Positions 56,062 to 64,000 of a stretch of 64,000 nucleotides of DNA are shown piece after piece. A model generated the notes under the pieces. The model searched no databases and was not told the DNA's origin. It saw only the letters and a list, made by a program, of their open reading frames with translations. The position numbers and the translations under genes are program-made. Location: assembly GCA_043802485.1 (NCBI GenBank), contig JAZDKZ010000001.1, positions 75,257-139,256 on the forward strand. Direction: 5' to 3'. Positions within the stretch are counted from its first letter, which is position 1, and every line of letters starts with the position of its first letter. The DNA is from Candidatus Aenigmatarchaeota archaeon. Lineage in GTDB: Archaea; Aenigmatarchaeota; Aenigmatarchaeia; Aenigmatarchaeales; Aenigmatarchaeaceae.

Positions 56062-56337
56062 ATGATTCTTATGAAAAACCTGCTCGTCTCAATCGTGCTG
56101 GCAGCCTTTGTGGCAGCCATGGCCTTGTTCACTTTCTTCCTGGAGAGGTTCATCGGCATAGGGGATGACTACAACATCCTAGTCTGGAACTTTGTCCTGT
56201 CCATAGTGATAGTCGTCATAATAATCAACATCGTGCTTTACAGGCGCAGGAAAAAGAAGAAGAAAAAGAAAGAAGAGAAGAAACAGGTATTCGTTTACGC
56301 AGAGCCAAAGGAAAAGTACAGGTCGGAATATTATTAA
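56062..56337 (+). CDS. Small two-TM protein with poly-Lys tail
   Basis: Two TMs followed by RRRKKKKKKK. Confidence 0.65.
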   Translation: MILMKNLLVSIVLAAFVAAMALFTFFLERFIGIGDDYNILVWNFVLSIVIVVIIINIVLYRRRKKKKKKKEEKKQVFVYAEPKEKYRSEYY

Positions 56338-56360
56338 ATTTCAAAACCAAATTCTAATTC

Positions 56361-57170
56361 ATGCCGACGAACGTCACCGTCTACTATGCCAAGGCCCAGG
56401 AAAAGTACATCAACGCCAAGACCCGCGAAGAGAAGATCAAGGCCTTGGAGGAGATGATCAAGGAGGCGCCTTCCCACAAGGGAGGGGAGAACCTTAGGAA
56501 GGAATTGAAGCAGAGGCTGTCAAGGCTGAGGCAGAAGAAGGAGGCCAGCACTTCCAGAAGGAGCTTTATGATTCCCAAGAAGGGGGACGCCCAGGTGTGC
56601 ATGCTCGGCTTGACTCAGACAGGCAAGTCTACGCTTCTTTCAAAATTGACCAATGCCAGGCCCAAGATATCTTCCTATCCATTTACTACTGAAAAGCCTG
56701 AGATAGGGACCTGCGACTATCATGGTGTCAAGATACAGATGATAGAGATACCCTCCACCTTCAAGCCTGTCTTTATGAGCATAACCCACGGCGCAGACGT
56801 CATCATACTCCTGTACAAGAACAGGGAGGAGCTGAAAGAGGTGAAGGAGGCCTTGGCAGCCTTTAGGATAGAGAAGCCTGTCTTGGAGATAAGCAGGGAC
56901 GAGGAACCGGATGAAATAAAGGAAAGGCTCTGGAAAAGACTGGGTCTTATCAAGATTTTCTGCAAGGAGCCTGGCAAAAAGCCGAGCAAAAAGCCCATGG
57001 TGATACCTCGGGGATCAACGGTTCAGGACGCGGCAAGAGTTCTGCACAACGACTTTGACAACTATTTCAATTTCGCAAGGGTCTGGGGCTCGTCCAAGTT
57101 CCCAGGAGAGAAGGTTGGTCCTGAGTACGAACTGGAGGACGATGACATCCTAGAGGTCCACATAACTTGA
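56361..57170 (+). CDS. Shortened DRG-family GTPase-like protein with TGS domain
   Basis: MPTN, PSHKG, GKSTLL, YPFTT, ARVWG, LEDDDILE. Confidence 0.85.
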   Translation: MPTNVTVYYAKAQEKYINAKTREEKIKALEEMIKEAPSHKGGENLRKELKQRLSRLRQKKEASTSRRSFMIPKKGDAQVCMLGLTQTGKSTLLSKLTNARPKISSYPFTTEKPEIGTCDYHGVKIQMIEIPSTFKPVFMSITHGADVIILLYKNREELKEVKEALAAFRIEKPVLEISRDEEPDEIKERLWKRLGLIKIFCKEPGKKPSKKPMVIPRGSTVQDAARVLHNDFDNYFNFARVWGSSKFPGEKVGPEYELEDDDILEVHIT

Positions 57171-57203
57171 CGTTTATAAATATTTGCCGGGCCAAATAAT
57201 ATT

Positions 57204-57575
57204 ATGAGCATTTCTGTTCCTGAAAGAAACATGCCTGAAAAGTGGTATTCTTCCATAGAGAAGAGCAGGGAAAAGGCGAACAAGCTGCTCAGGCAGGTGA
57301 TAGCAGTTGACCTAAATACCTCTGTTCTTGTGGGAAAGCTTGATGACGTTTCTTTGGACAAATTGTTCAGGATACAGTATCCGTTCTGCAAGCTCACCAT
57401 GAGCAAGGCGAAAAAGTACGATTCCAACAGCAGGCTGGAGACCTCGCAGGAGAGCGACCAGATAGCTTTCGTGAACAAGCCGCAGATGATACTTGATATG
57501 CAGGAGCTGTCCTCAAGGTTCCCGGAGATACATGCTGACACTCATGTTGACATAAAGCGAGGGAGGTTCGACTAG
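57204..57575 (+). CDS. Hypothetical protein (possible Sm-like fold)
   Basis: 123-aa ORF with host-like codon usage. Confidence 0.6.
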   Translation: MSISVPERNMPEKWYSSIEKSREKANKLLRQVIAVDLNTSVLVGKLDDVSLDKLFRIQYPFCKLTMSKAKKYDSNSRLETSQESDQIAFVNKPQMILDMQELSSRFPEIHADTHVDIKRGRFD

Positions 57576-57576
57576 A

Positions 57577-57762
57577 ATGGCTTTGAAGCAGATAAAAGAC
57601 AAGGGTGATGATGACAAGGTCACCTGCCCCAAGTGCGGGGAGAAAGCTTTGCTGATAGAGGCAAGGTTCATAAGGTGGCTCACATGCCCGAGCTGCAAGT
57701 TCAGGAAGCTCATAGCAAAAGAGGACGATTCGACAAAGGTTAGGATAGTTTCTTTAAAGTAA
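57577..57762 (+). CDS. Small zinc-ribbon protein
   Basis: CPKCG...CPSC. Confidence 0.7.
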   Translation: MALKQIKDKGDDDKVTCPKCGEKALLIEARFIRWLTCPSCKFRKLIAKEDDSTKVRIVSLK

Positions 57763-57793
57763 TTTTTTAAATAAGGCTCGTTATAATTCTATT

Positions 57794-59158
57794 ATGCCTA
57801 ATAATTATTCTCAAAAATTGAACAAAGTTCTGGAAGGCGGCAAGGTCGGCATCGGTAGCAGGATTGTTGTGAAAAAGGGCAAGCAGGCCTACGAGGGCTT
57901 GCTCATGCCAAGGAACGAGACAGGGGACGGCAATTTCCTGGTTCTAAAACTGGACAGCGGCTACAACATGGGCATAAGGTTCGAGAAAGGCGTCAAGATA
58001 GAGAAGAGCAAGCACAAAGAGCCGAAGAGAGCCAAGGAAGAGGCTGCCTTTGAGATGGGAAAAGAAAAGGTGAAGAAGATGGACTTTGATCCCAAGAAGC
58101 CCACGATAAGCTTCATATCGACCGGAGGTACCATCGTTTCCCGTGTCGATTACAGGACAGGCGGGGTCGCGCCTCTGGAAAAGCCTGAGGAGCTGCTGGC
58201 CAATGTCCCTGAGCTGAAGGGCATTGTCAACATAAAGGAGGTCATCTCCCCTTTCAAGAAAGCTTCAGAGGATATGGGTCCAAAGGACTGGCAGAAGCTG
58301 GCAAAGGTCGTTGCAGAAGAGTTGGAGAAGAGTGACGGAGTGGTCATAGCACATGGAACCGATACCATGCACTACACGTCAGCTGCGTTGTCATTCATGC
58401 TAAAGGACCTTTCAAAGCCTGTTGTCCTGGTAGGATCCCAACGATCCTCGGACAGGGGAAGCAGCGACGCGGCGATGAACCTGATATGCGCTGCCTATCT
58501 GGCTGTTTCGGACATTGCCGAAGTAGGGATATGCATGCACGGTTCTACAGACGATCATTATTGCAACTTTACAAGGGGGACAAAGGCAAGGAAGATGCAT
58601 TCCACAAGGAGGGACGCCTTCCGAAGCATTAATGAGCCTCCCATAGCAAAGGTTTATCCTGATGGCAGAATCGACATTCTGAACAAGAACTACAACAAGA
58701 GAGGTAAAGGCAAGACAGTTGCCGATGCAAAGTTCGAGCACAATATCGCTTTGCTAAAGGTTTGTCCTGGCAGCGATCCGAGCATTCTGGATTGCCTGGT
58801 AAAGAAGGGCTGCAAGGGCGTTGTCATCGAGGGCACAGGCATGGGGCATGTTCCTACTAATTCCGAAAAGTCATGGATACCTGAAATAAAGAAGCTGACA
58901 AAGAAGGGGATACCGGTTGTCATCGCCACCCAGACTGTTTACGGCAGGGTGAACACCAAGGTCTATACGAACCTGAGGATACTTTTCAACGAGGCAGGGG
59001 CCATTCCTGCAGAGGACATGACATCCGAGACAGCTTATGTGAAGCTGGGCTGGGTGCTTGCTCATGCCAAAGCTTTGGACAAAGTCAGAGAGATGATGCT
59101 GACAAACATGGTCGGTGAAATTACGGAAAGGACAGAGATTGAGACTTTTATGGTGTAA
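57794..59158 (+). CDS. gatD: Glu-tRNA(Gln) amidotransferase subunit D
   Basis: LKLDSGYN, STGGTIVSRVDYRTG, HGTDT, QRSSDRGSSD. Confidence 0.96.
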   Translation: MPNNYSQKLNKVLEGGKVGIGSRIVVKKGKQAYEGLLMPRNETGDGNFLVLKLDSGYNMGIRFEKGVKIEKSKHKEPKRAKEEAAFEMGKEKVKKMDFDPKKPTISFISTGGTIVSRVDYRTGGVAPLEKPEELLANVPELKGIVNIKEVISPFKKASEDMGPKDWQKLAKVVAEELEKSDGVVIAHGTDTMHYTSAALSFMLKDLSKPVVLVGSQRSSDRGSSDAAMNLICAAYLAVSDIAEVGICMHGSTDDHYCNFTRGTKARKMHSTRRDAFRSINEPPIAKVYPDGRIDILNKNYNKRGKGKTVADAKFEHNIALLKVCPGSDPSILDCLVKKGCKGVVIEGTGMGHVPTNSEKSWIPEIKKLTKKGIPVVIATQTVYGRVNTKVYTNLRILFNEAGAIPAEDMTSETAYVKLGWVLAHAKALDKVREMMLTNMVGEITERTEIETFMV

Positions 59159-59160
59159 TT

Positions 59161-59433
59161 ATGTTGGAAAACTTTGTAGACATATTGGCAATACTAGCAA
59201 CAGTTTTTGGTACTATAATGTCCCTAGGTTATTTTCCCCAGATAATTAAAATAATCAAAAGAAAAAGCTGTGCCGATGTATCCATTATGACATACTTGAT
59301 TTTTGCTCCAGGAATCCTTGTCTGGTTCTTGTATGGAGTTAGCCTCAACAATAGTGCAATGACCATAAGCAATTTGATAGGGCTTTTTGGAGTAACAGCT
59401 CTTATTATAACATATTTTGTCTACAAAAAGTGA
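59161..59433 (+). CDS. SemiSWEET/PQ-loop transporter
   Basis: FPQIIK..KRKS..DVS, WFLYG; three TMs. Confidence 0.85.
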   Translation: MLENFVDILAILATVFGTIMSLGYFPQIIKIIKRKSCADVSIMTYLIFAPGILVWFLYGVSLNNSAMTISNLIGLFGVTALIITYFVYKK

Positions 59434-59437
59434 TTGA

Positions 59438-60013
59438 ATGGCTGAAGTAAAGGTTCTGGTCGAAGGCTATGCCAAGGAAACAGAAGAAGGATGGAAAGCA
59501 TCTTCGACAACTACTTTGATTAAAGATAACGGAATAAATGTGATTGTCGATCCTGGTTCGAACAAGGAATTGTTGATTGAAAAACTGATGGAAGAAGGAT
59601 TGAAGCCGGAAGACATAGACTTGATTTTTCTTACGCATTATCACCTAGACCATATAATAAACATCAGATTATTCCCTGATTGCGACGTTCTTGATGGCGG
59701 AGAAGTCAACAGGGATGATGAATCGTTCAGATATTCTGGAAAAATACCTGGAACTGATATAGATGTGATTTATACTCCCGGACACGCTGATGAGCATTGT
59801 TCTTTGTTAATCAAAACAGACAAGGGCAACATTGTTATTGCTGGAGACCTTTTCTGGTGGAAGGATGGAGAAGAGCAGAAAATCGACATCGAAAAGGACG
59901 ACCAGGCACATCCGGCTGATATGAAAAAAATAATCGAGTCACGCAAAAAGATATTAGAAATGGCAGACTATATAATCCCAGGGCACGGTAAAATGTTTAA
60001 GGTGAAAAAATGA
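59438..60013 (+). CDS. MBL-fold metallo-hydrolase
   Basis: THYHLDH, TPGH, AGD, PGHG. Confidence 0.9.
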   Translation: MAEVKVLVEGYAKETEEGWKASSTTTLIKDNGINVIVDPGSNKELLIEKLMEEGLKPEDIDLIFLTHYHLDHIINIRLFPDCDVLDGGEVNRDDESFRYSGKIPGTDIDVIYTPGHADEHCSLLIKTDKGNIVIAGDLFWWKDGEEQKIDIEKDDQAHPADMKKIIESRKKILEMADYIIPGHGKMFKVKK

Positions 60014-61551
60014 GACTGATAGCAAGACCCATCGACCTGGAAGCAGGCGGCAAGTTCATAGTTATTCTTAACAACGACGACGCCGCTTACTTGGGAGTAA
60101 GATCTCTGGACAGGGTATGTGTTAACTATAACGGAAAAGCTTTGACAGCAATAGTCAACACGACCAACAAATTCACACTGAAAGGCGAAATCATTGCCAA
60201 TGACGACATAACCGACTATTTCGGATTGAAAGGCGGTGAGCATCTGAATGTAGAGCCGCAGAACGGTATAGAGTCGACAAAGTACATCAAGCAGAAGCTG
60301 TGCGGAGCCAGATTGGAATACGACAAGATAAAGACGATAATAAGGGACGTTGTGGACAACAAGGTCTCGACTGTCGAACTGGCGGCTTTCATAACAGCCC
60401 TGCACACACAGGGCATCTCCATAGACGAGGCGGCAAACCTGTCAATGGCAATGGTAGAAACTGGAAAAACCCTGAAGCTTAACCAGAGTATAATCTGCGA
60501 CAAGCATTCGATAGGAGGCATACCAGGCGACAAGACCTCTTTGATACTTGTTCCGATAGTTGCTGCAGCAGGGCTGACTATTCCTAAAACATCCTCAAAA
60601 GCCATAACATCGCCTTCTGGAACAGCAGAAAGGATGGCGACGCTTGCACCCGTTAACCTAACGCTTGAAGAAATAAGGGAAGTAGTCAACAAGACCAATG
60701 GATGCCTGGTATGGGGAGGCGCTTTAGATTTGGCTCCTGCTGACGACATGTTCATAAACATCGAGTATCCTCTGGGAATAGATCCCATGCTACTGCCTTC
60801 GATAATGTCCAAGAAGAAGGCCATCGGTGCCAACTATGTTGTCATCGACATACCGATAGGCAGGGAGGCGAAGATTAAGACGGCCGACCAGGCAAGGGAG
60901 CTGGCAGAGGATTTCATGGAGCTTGGCAAAAGGCTGGACATGCACATTGTCTGCGGCATAACCTATGGCGAGCAGCCTTTGGGGCATTACATAGGGCCTG
61001 CCTTGGCTGCCAAGGAGGCGCTGCTTACCTTAAGGGGGAAAGGACCAAAGGACGTTGTCGGCAAGGCCACCAGTCTTGCAGGCCTGCTTTTCGAGACAAT
61101 CGGAAAGGGCAACCGCATGACAGCCTTGCAGTTGTTAAAGAACGGCAAGGCAGACAAGAAGCTGAGGGAGATAATAGAGGCCCAGGGAGGCAACCCGAAC
61201 ATAAAGCCGGACGACCTTCCGATAGGCGAAAAGTACGCTACTGTCAAGGCAGAGAAGGATGGCAGGGTGCTGTGGATAAACAATTCTTTTATTGTTCTTA
61301 TTGCAAGAAGGGCAGGAGCTCCTCTGGATGCTGGTGCAGGAATGCACCTTAACGTAAAGACCGGTGACAGCGTCAGGAAGGGCCAGACCCTGTTCACCAT
61401 ATTCTCCAACAACTACAACAGGCTCAACGAGGCCCTGGAGCTGGCAGAGGAGCTGAAGCCGCTCACTGTAGGGAAACAATGCGAGGAGAAGATGCTTCTG
61501 GGACAAATGAAGGGAACAAGCAGTAACAGCATATTCGTTCTGGACAGGTAG
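60010..61551 (+). CDS. deoA: AMP phosphorylase
   Basis: N-terminal extension, DKHSIGGIPG, KTSSKAITSPSGTA, LAPADD, SIMSKK. Confidence 0.92.
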   Translation: MRLIARPIDLEAGGKFIVILNNDDAAYLGVRSLDRVCVNYNGKALTAIVNTTNKFTLKGEIIANDDITDYFGLKGGEHLNVEPQNGIESTKYIKQKLCGARLEYDKIKTIIRDVVDNKVSTVELAAFITALHTQGISIDEAANLSMAMVETGKTLKLNQSIICDKHSIGGIPGDKTSLILVPIVAAAGLTIPKTSSKAITSPSGTAERMATLAPVNLTLEEIREVVNKTNGCLVWGGALDLAPADDMFINIEYPLGIDPMLLPSIMSKKKAIGANYVVIDIPIGREAKIKTADQARELAEDFMELGKRLDMHIVCGITYGEQPLGHYIGPALAAKEALLTLRGKGPKDVVGKATSLAGLLFETIGKGNRMTALQLLKNGKADKKLREIIEAQGGNPNIKPDDLPIGEKYATVKAEKDGRVLWINNSFIVLIARRAGAPLDAGAGMHLNVKTGDSVRKGQTLFTIFSNNYNRLNEALELAEELKPLTVGKQCEEKMLLGQMKGTSSNSIFVLDR

Positions 61552-61554
61552 CAA

Positions 61555-64000
61555 TCACATTATTATTCCCACTTGCGCAGTTGTCAGGAAGCTGTCATAG
61601 AAGCGGACCTCGTCTATTCTTCCGTCGAAAAAATCGGTGGGTGTATTTCCGTCCCAATCCTGCCCTACCGAGACTCTAAAATTAGATGCTATGTCCTCAA
61701 AGAGAGTAAACGATGTGCTATACTCTATGTCGCCATCAACATAGACTGTTATACTGTCGTGGGTAAAGTCAAAAGCATAGCCTACATGATGCCACGCACC
61801 GTCTCTTGTATCAGTAGTCGGGCTGCCTATCCATGATACTCCGTTGTGCACGTCCATGCCGTAGACACCATCTAAATCCCCATCCCTTATCCTGAACAGC
61901 AGCCTGTTGTTTCCATAACTGTCATGTATTGATATTACCTCTTGATCTTCTGCTGTACTGCTAGTCCTTATCCAAGCGAAAGCAGAAAAGTTCTTGCCCA
62001 CTATGTCGTCTGCTACAGAGTTTATTGTCACATAATCATTAATGTTGTCGAATCTAAGACTGTAACCATACCTTCCGCTTGCAAACGATGGCGCCTCATC
62101 GTCTACTGGGACGCCGTCGCCCAGAGTTGCATCATTGCTGTCAGCCGAATCAAGTATAGTTTTGTCAGACGAGCTCAGATACATCATGAGTTCGCCGATT
62201 TCAGTATCCCTTATAGGATTTGTGCCTTCGCCGCAGTCGCTGCACCAGGCTGACCTTGAATAATCATTGTTCGTATCAATGCCGATATTCCAATTAGCAC
62301 AGTCCCATCTACAAACCCCACCCCCATCCCAGAAATTGAACTTGTTCTCGCCGTTTATCAGCCATGCCTTTGGAACATCCATCCTTATCCATTCCCATAA
62401 AGAGCTTACCAGGGGCGTGCCTGTGTCAAGGCCGAACGCATCACACCAGTTAAAATTGATAGTTTGAGCAGAGACATCGTTTATTCTCAGACGATAGTCA
62501 GTGCTGGCGGTGGAGTTGCAGCTTGTCGCTCTCCCATATATGTACAACGAGGCGTTCGCGCCAGGTATGGTGCTGGGATCCACGATAAGCCACTTGTTAG
62601 CACCGTCGTCATAAGTATTTCCGCCCGTGGAACCATCTCTATAACTATCATCATCCCTTGCAAGGTTTTCATCAAAGCTCCAGAATCCCACCAGACCATT
62701 TGAGCTTGGTGCGTTCAGCTGGTACTCTTGCAAAATATCCGCTGGCGTTAATGCCACGTCCCACAGTTTTACCTCGTCTATGGTTCCGTTGAAAAAGCCT
62801 TGGCAGTCACCGCTACCCATTCCTATGTAAACATTCTCTGCAGAGGCTTGCATGCCTGTGCTGTGAGCATCGCTGCCTGCAGGCTGCCCGTCAAAATAGT
62901 AGTAAACATTACTGCCGTCCCAGACAGCGGCAACATGATGCCATTCGTTCAACGGGACTCGAACATCAGCATAATGATTGAACTGCGTCCCGGTGCTATT
63001 CCATATCTGCAACGACAGCGTGTTTGCGCCTGCGCCGTTTGTCCATGTACCTCCTGTCACGAACCTCCACGAGTATTCTTTCATTGTTATAACAATCTCG
63101 CAAGTGTCATAATTTTTGTGATAAATCCAAGCCATCACCGTAATCTCCTCTGTCATATCTAAAGTCGGATTGTTAGGAATGTTAACGTATTCGTCGGCAC
63201 CGTTCAAAGCTAAAGCCAGATTCGACACACCCCCAACCCATGAACCACCTATCCTTGTTCCGTCGTTGGTGTTTGTGGAGCTATCTGTGGCATCTCCATC
63301 TAACTTCCAGAAACCAACCAAACCAATACTTCCGGGCGCTACGCAGCTGCTACTGCCACTGTCCCAATTTGTTCCTAATGGACAGCAACGGTCGGTGGAA
63401 CCCAATTCCTCACAGTACATGCCTGCTGGGCAGTTCGCATCACAGTCACAGTCGCCCTGGCCCTCTAATAATAGAACGTTACATGCGTTATTTGCAGATC
63501 CTTCGCATGTGTGAGTACCGTCGCTGTATGCATACGCTCCGCTGCTGCAAGGGCTACCGCAGTTTGTTCCAGAGATGCATGGCGCACAGATTCCGGAAAC
63601 ACAAAAACCGTTGCAGCATTGGCTACCTGTTAAGCACGGGTCACCGTCTGCCGTGCAAGGCGCCACACAGTTGTTGTCGTTGCCAGAGTTGCAGCCTGCC
63701 GCCGCGCAGCAAATGCCGTCATTGTCTTGGCAGCCGCAGTCAGGGTCCTGGCTAGGCAATGTGCAGCCGATGGGGCATACTCCGTTGCAAGTACCGTCAG
63801 GCACGCAGCCAGTCCCGCCTGGTATAATTTTAATTGCTATCGCTCCCTGGCCTGTTGATACCTTGATGACATCGCCTCCGACTGGGATAGCCGAAAGGGT
63901 TATTGTCCCGATATATCCTGGCAGGATAGAGGACGGAACAGTCGCTCCGCTATCAGCAATCTCGTTGACAAAGACCTTTAGTTGGGTAACTTCAACCCTG
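61555..64000 (-). CDS. Large surface protein with Cys-rich repeats and two LamG-like domains (5' end outside the window)
   Basis: GLVGFW, WHHVA, FNGTIDEV, FDGRIDEVRFY; reading frame stays open from 63804 to the window edge. Confidence 0.85.
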   Translation of the reverse strand, partial: RVEVTQLKVFVNEIADSGATVPSSILPGYIGTITLSAIPVGGDVIKVSTGQGAIAIKIIPGGTGCVPDGTCNGVCPIGCTLPSQDPDCGCQDNDGICCAAAGCNSGNDNNCVAPCTADGDPCLTGSQCCNGFCVSGICAPCISGTNCGSPCSSGAYAYSDGTHTCEGSANNACNVLLLEGQGDCDCDANCPAGMYCEELGSTDRCCPLGTNWDSGSSSCVAPGSIGLVGFWKLDGDATDSSTNTNDGTRIGGSWVGGVSNLALALNGADEYVNIPNNPTLDMTEEITVMAWIYHKNYDTCEIVITMKEYSWRFVTGGTWTNGAGANTLSLQIWNSTGTQFNHYADVRVPLNEWHHVAAVWDGSNVYYYFDGQPAGSDAHSTGMQASAENVYIGMGSGDCQGFFNGTIDEVKLWDVALTPADILQEYQLNAPSSNGLVGFWSFDENLARDDDSYRDGSTGGNTYDDGANKWLIVDPSTIPGANASLYIYGRATSCNSTASTDYRLRINDVSAQTINFNWCDAFGLDTGTPLVSSLWEWIRMDVPKAWLINGENKFNFWDGGGVCRWDCANWNIGIDTNNDYSRSAWCSDCGEGTNPIRDTEIGELMMYLSSSDKTILDSADSNDATLGDGVPVDDEAPSFASGRYGYSLRFDNINDYVTINSVADDIVGKNFSAFAWIRTSSTAEDQEVISIHDSYGNNRLLFRIRDGDLDGVYGMDVHNGVSWIGSPTTDTRDGAWHHVGYAFDFTHDSITVYVDGDIEYSTSFTLFEDIASNFRVSVGQDWDGNTPTDFFDGRIDEVRFYDSFLTTAQVGIIM

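Overview
Gene-dense archaeal window, most consistent with a DPANN lineage such as Aenigmarchaeota (inferred from gene content, GGTGA Shine-Dalgarno motifs and leaderless TATA promoters; not proven). About 1-34 kb is housekeeping: PIN/rpoE'/spt4/S24e/S27ae/kae1, aCPSF1-psmB-proS, mre11-rad50, metG, sepF, the exosome-proteasome superoperon, a PPi-type PFK and nreA, interspersed with AT-rich ORFans. About 35-51 kb is an island of secreted and surface proteins: a 1430-aa Ig-repeat protein, a deacetylase plus processive GT2 cassette between identical 25-bp repeats, a structured RNA leader, and a Cys-rich subtilase. The most striking feature is at 52.3-53.8 kb. A free-standing, frameshifted LAGLIDADG endonuclease gene lies antisense at the 3' end of ychF, between two versions of the last 29 ychF codons. 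The element appears to have inserted into the gene, supplied a recoded replacement C-terminus and displaced the original one. No tRNA, rRNA, CRISPR array or integrase was recognised. All assignments come from motif reading by eye, with no database search.
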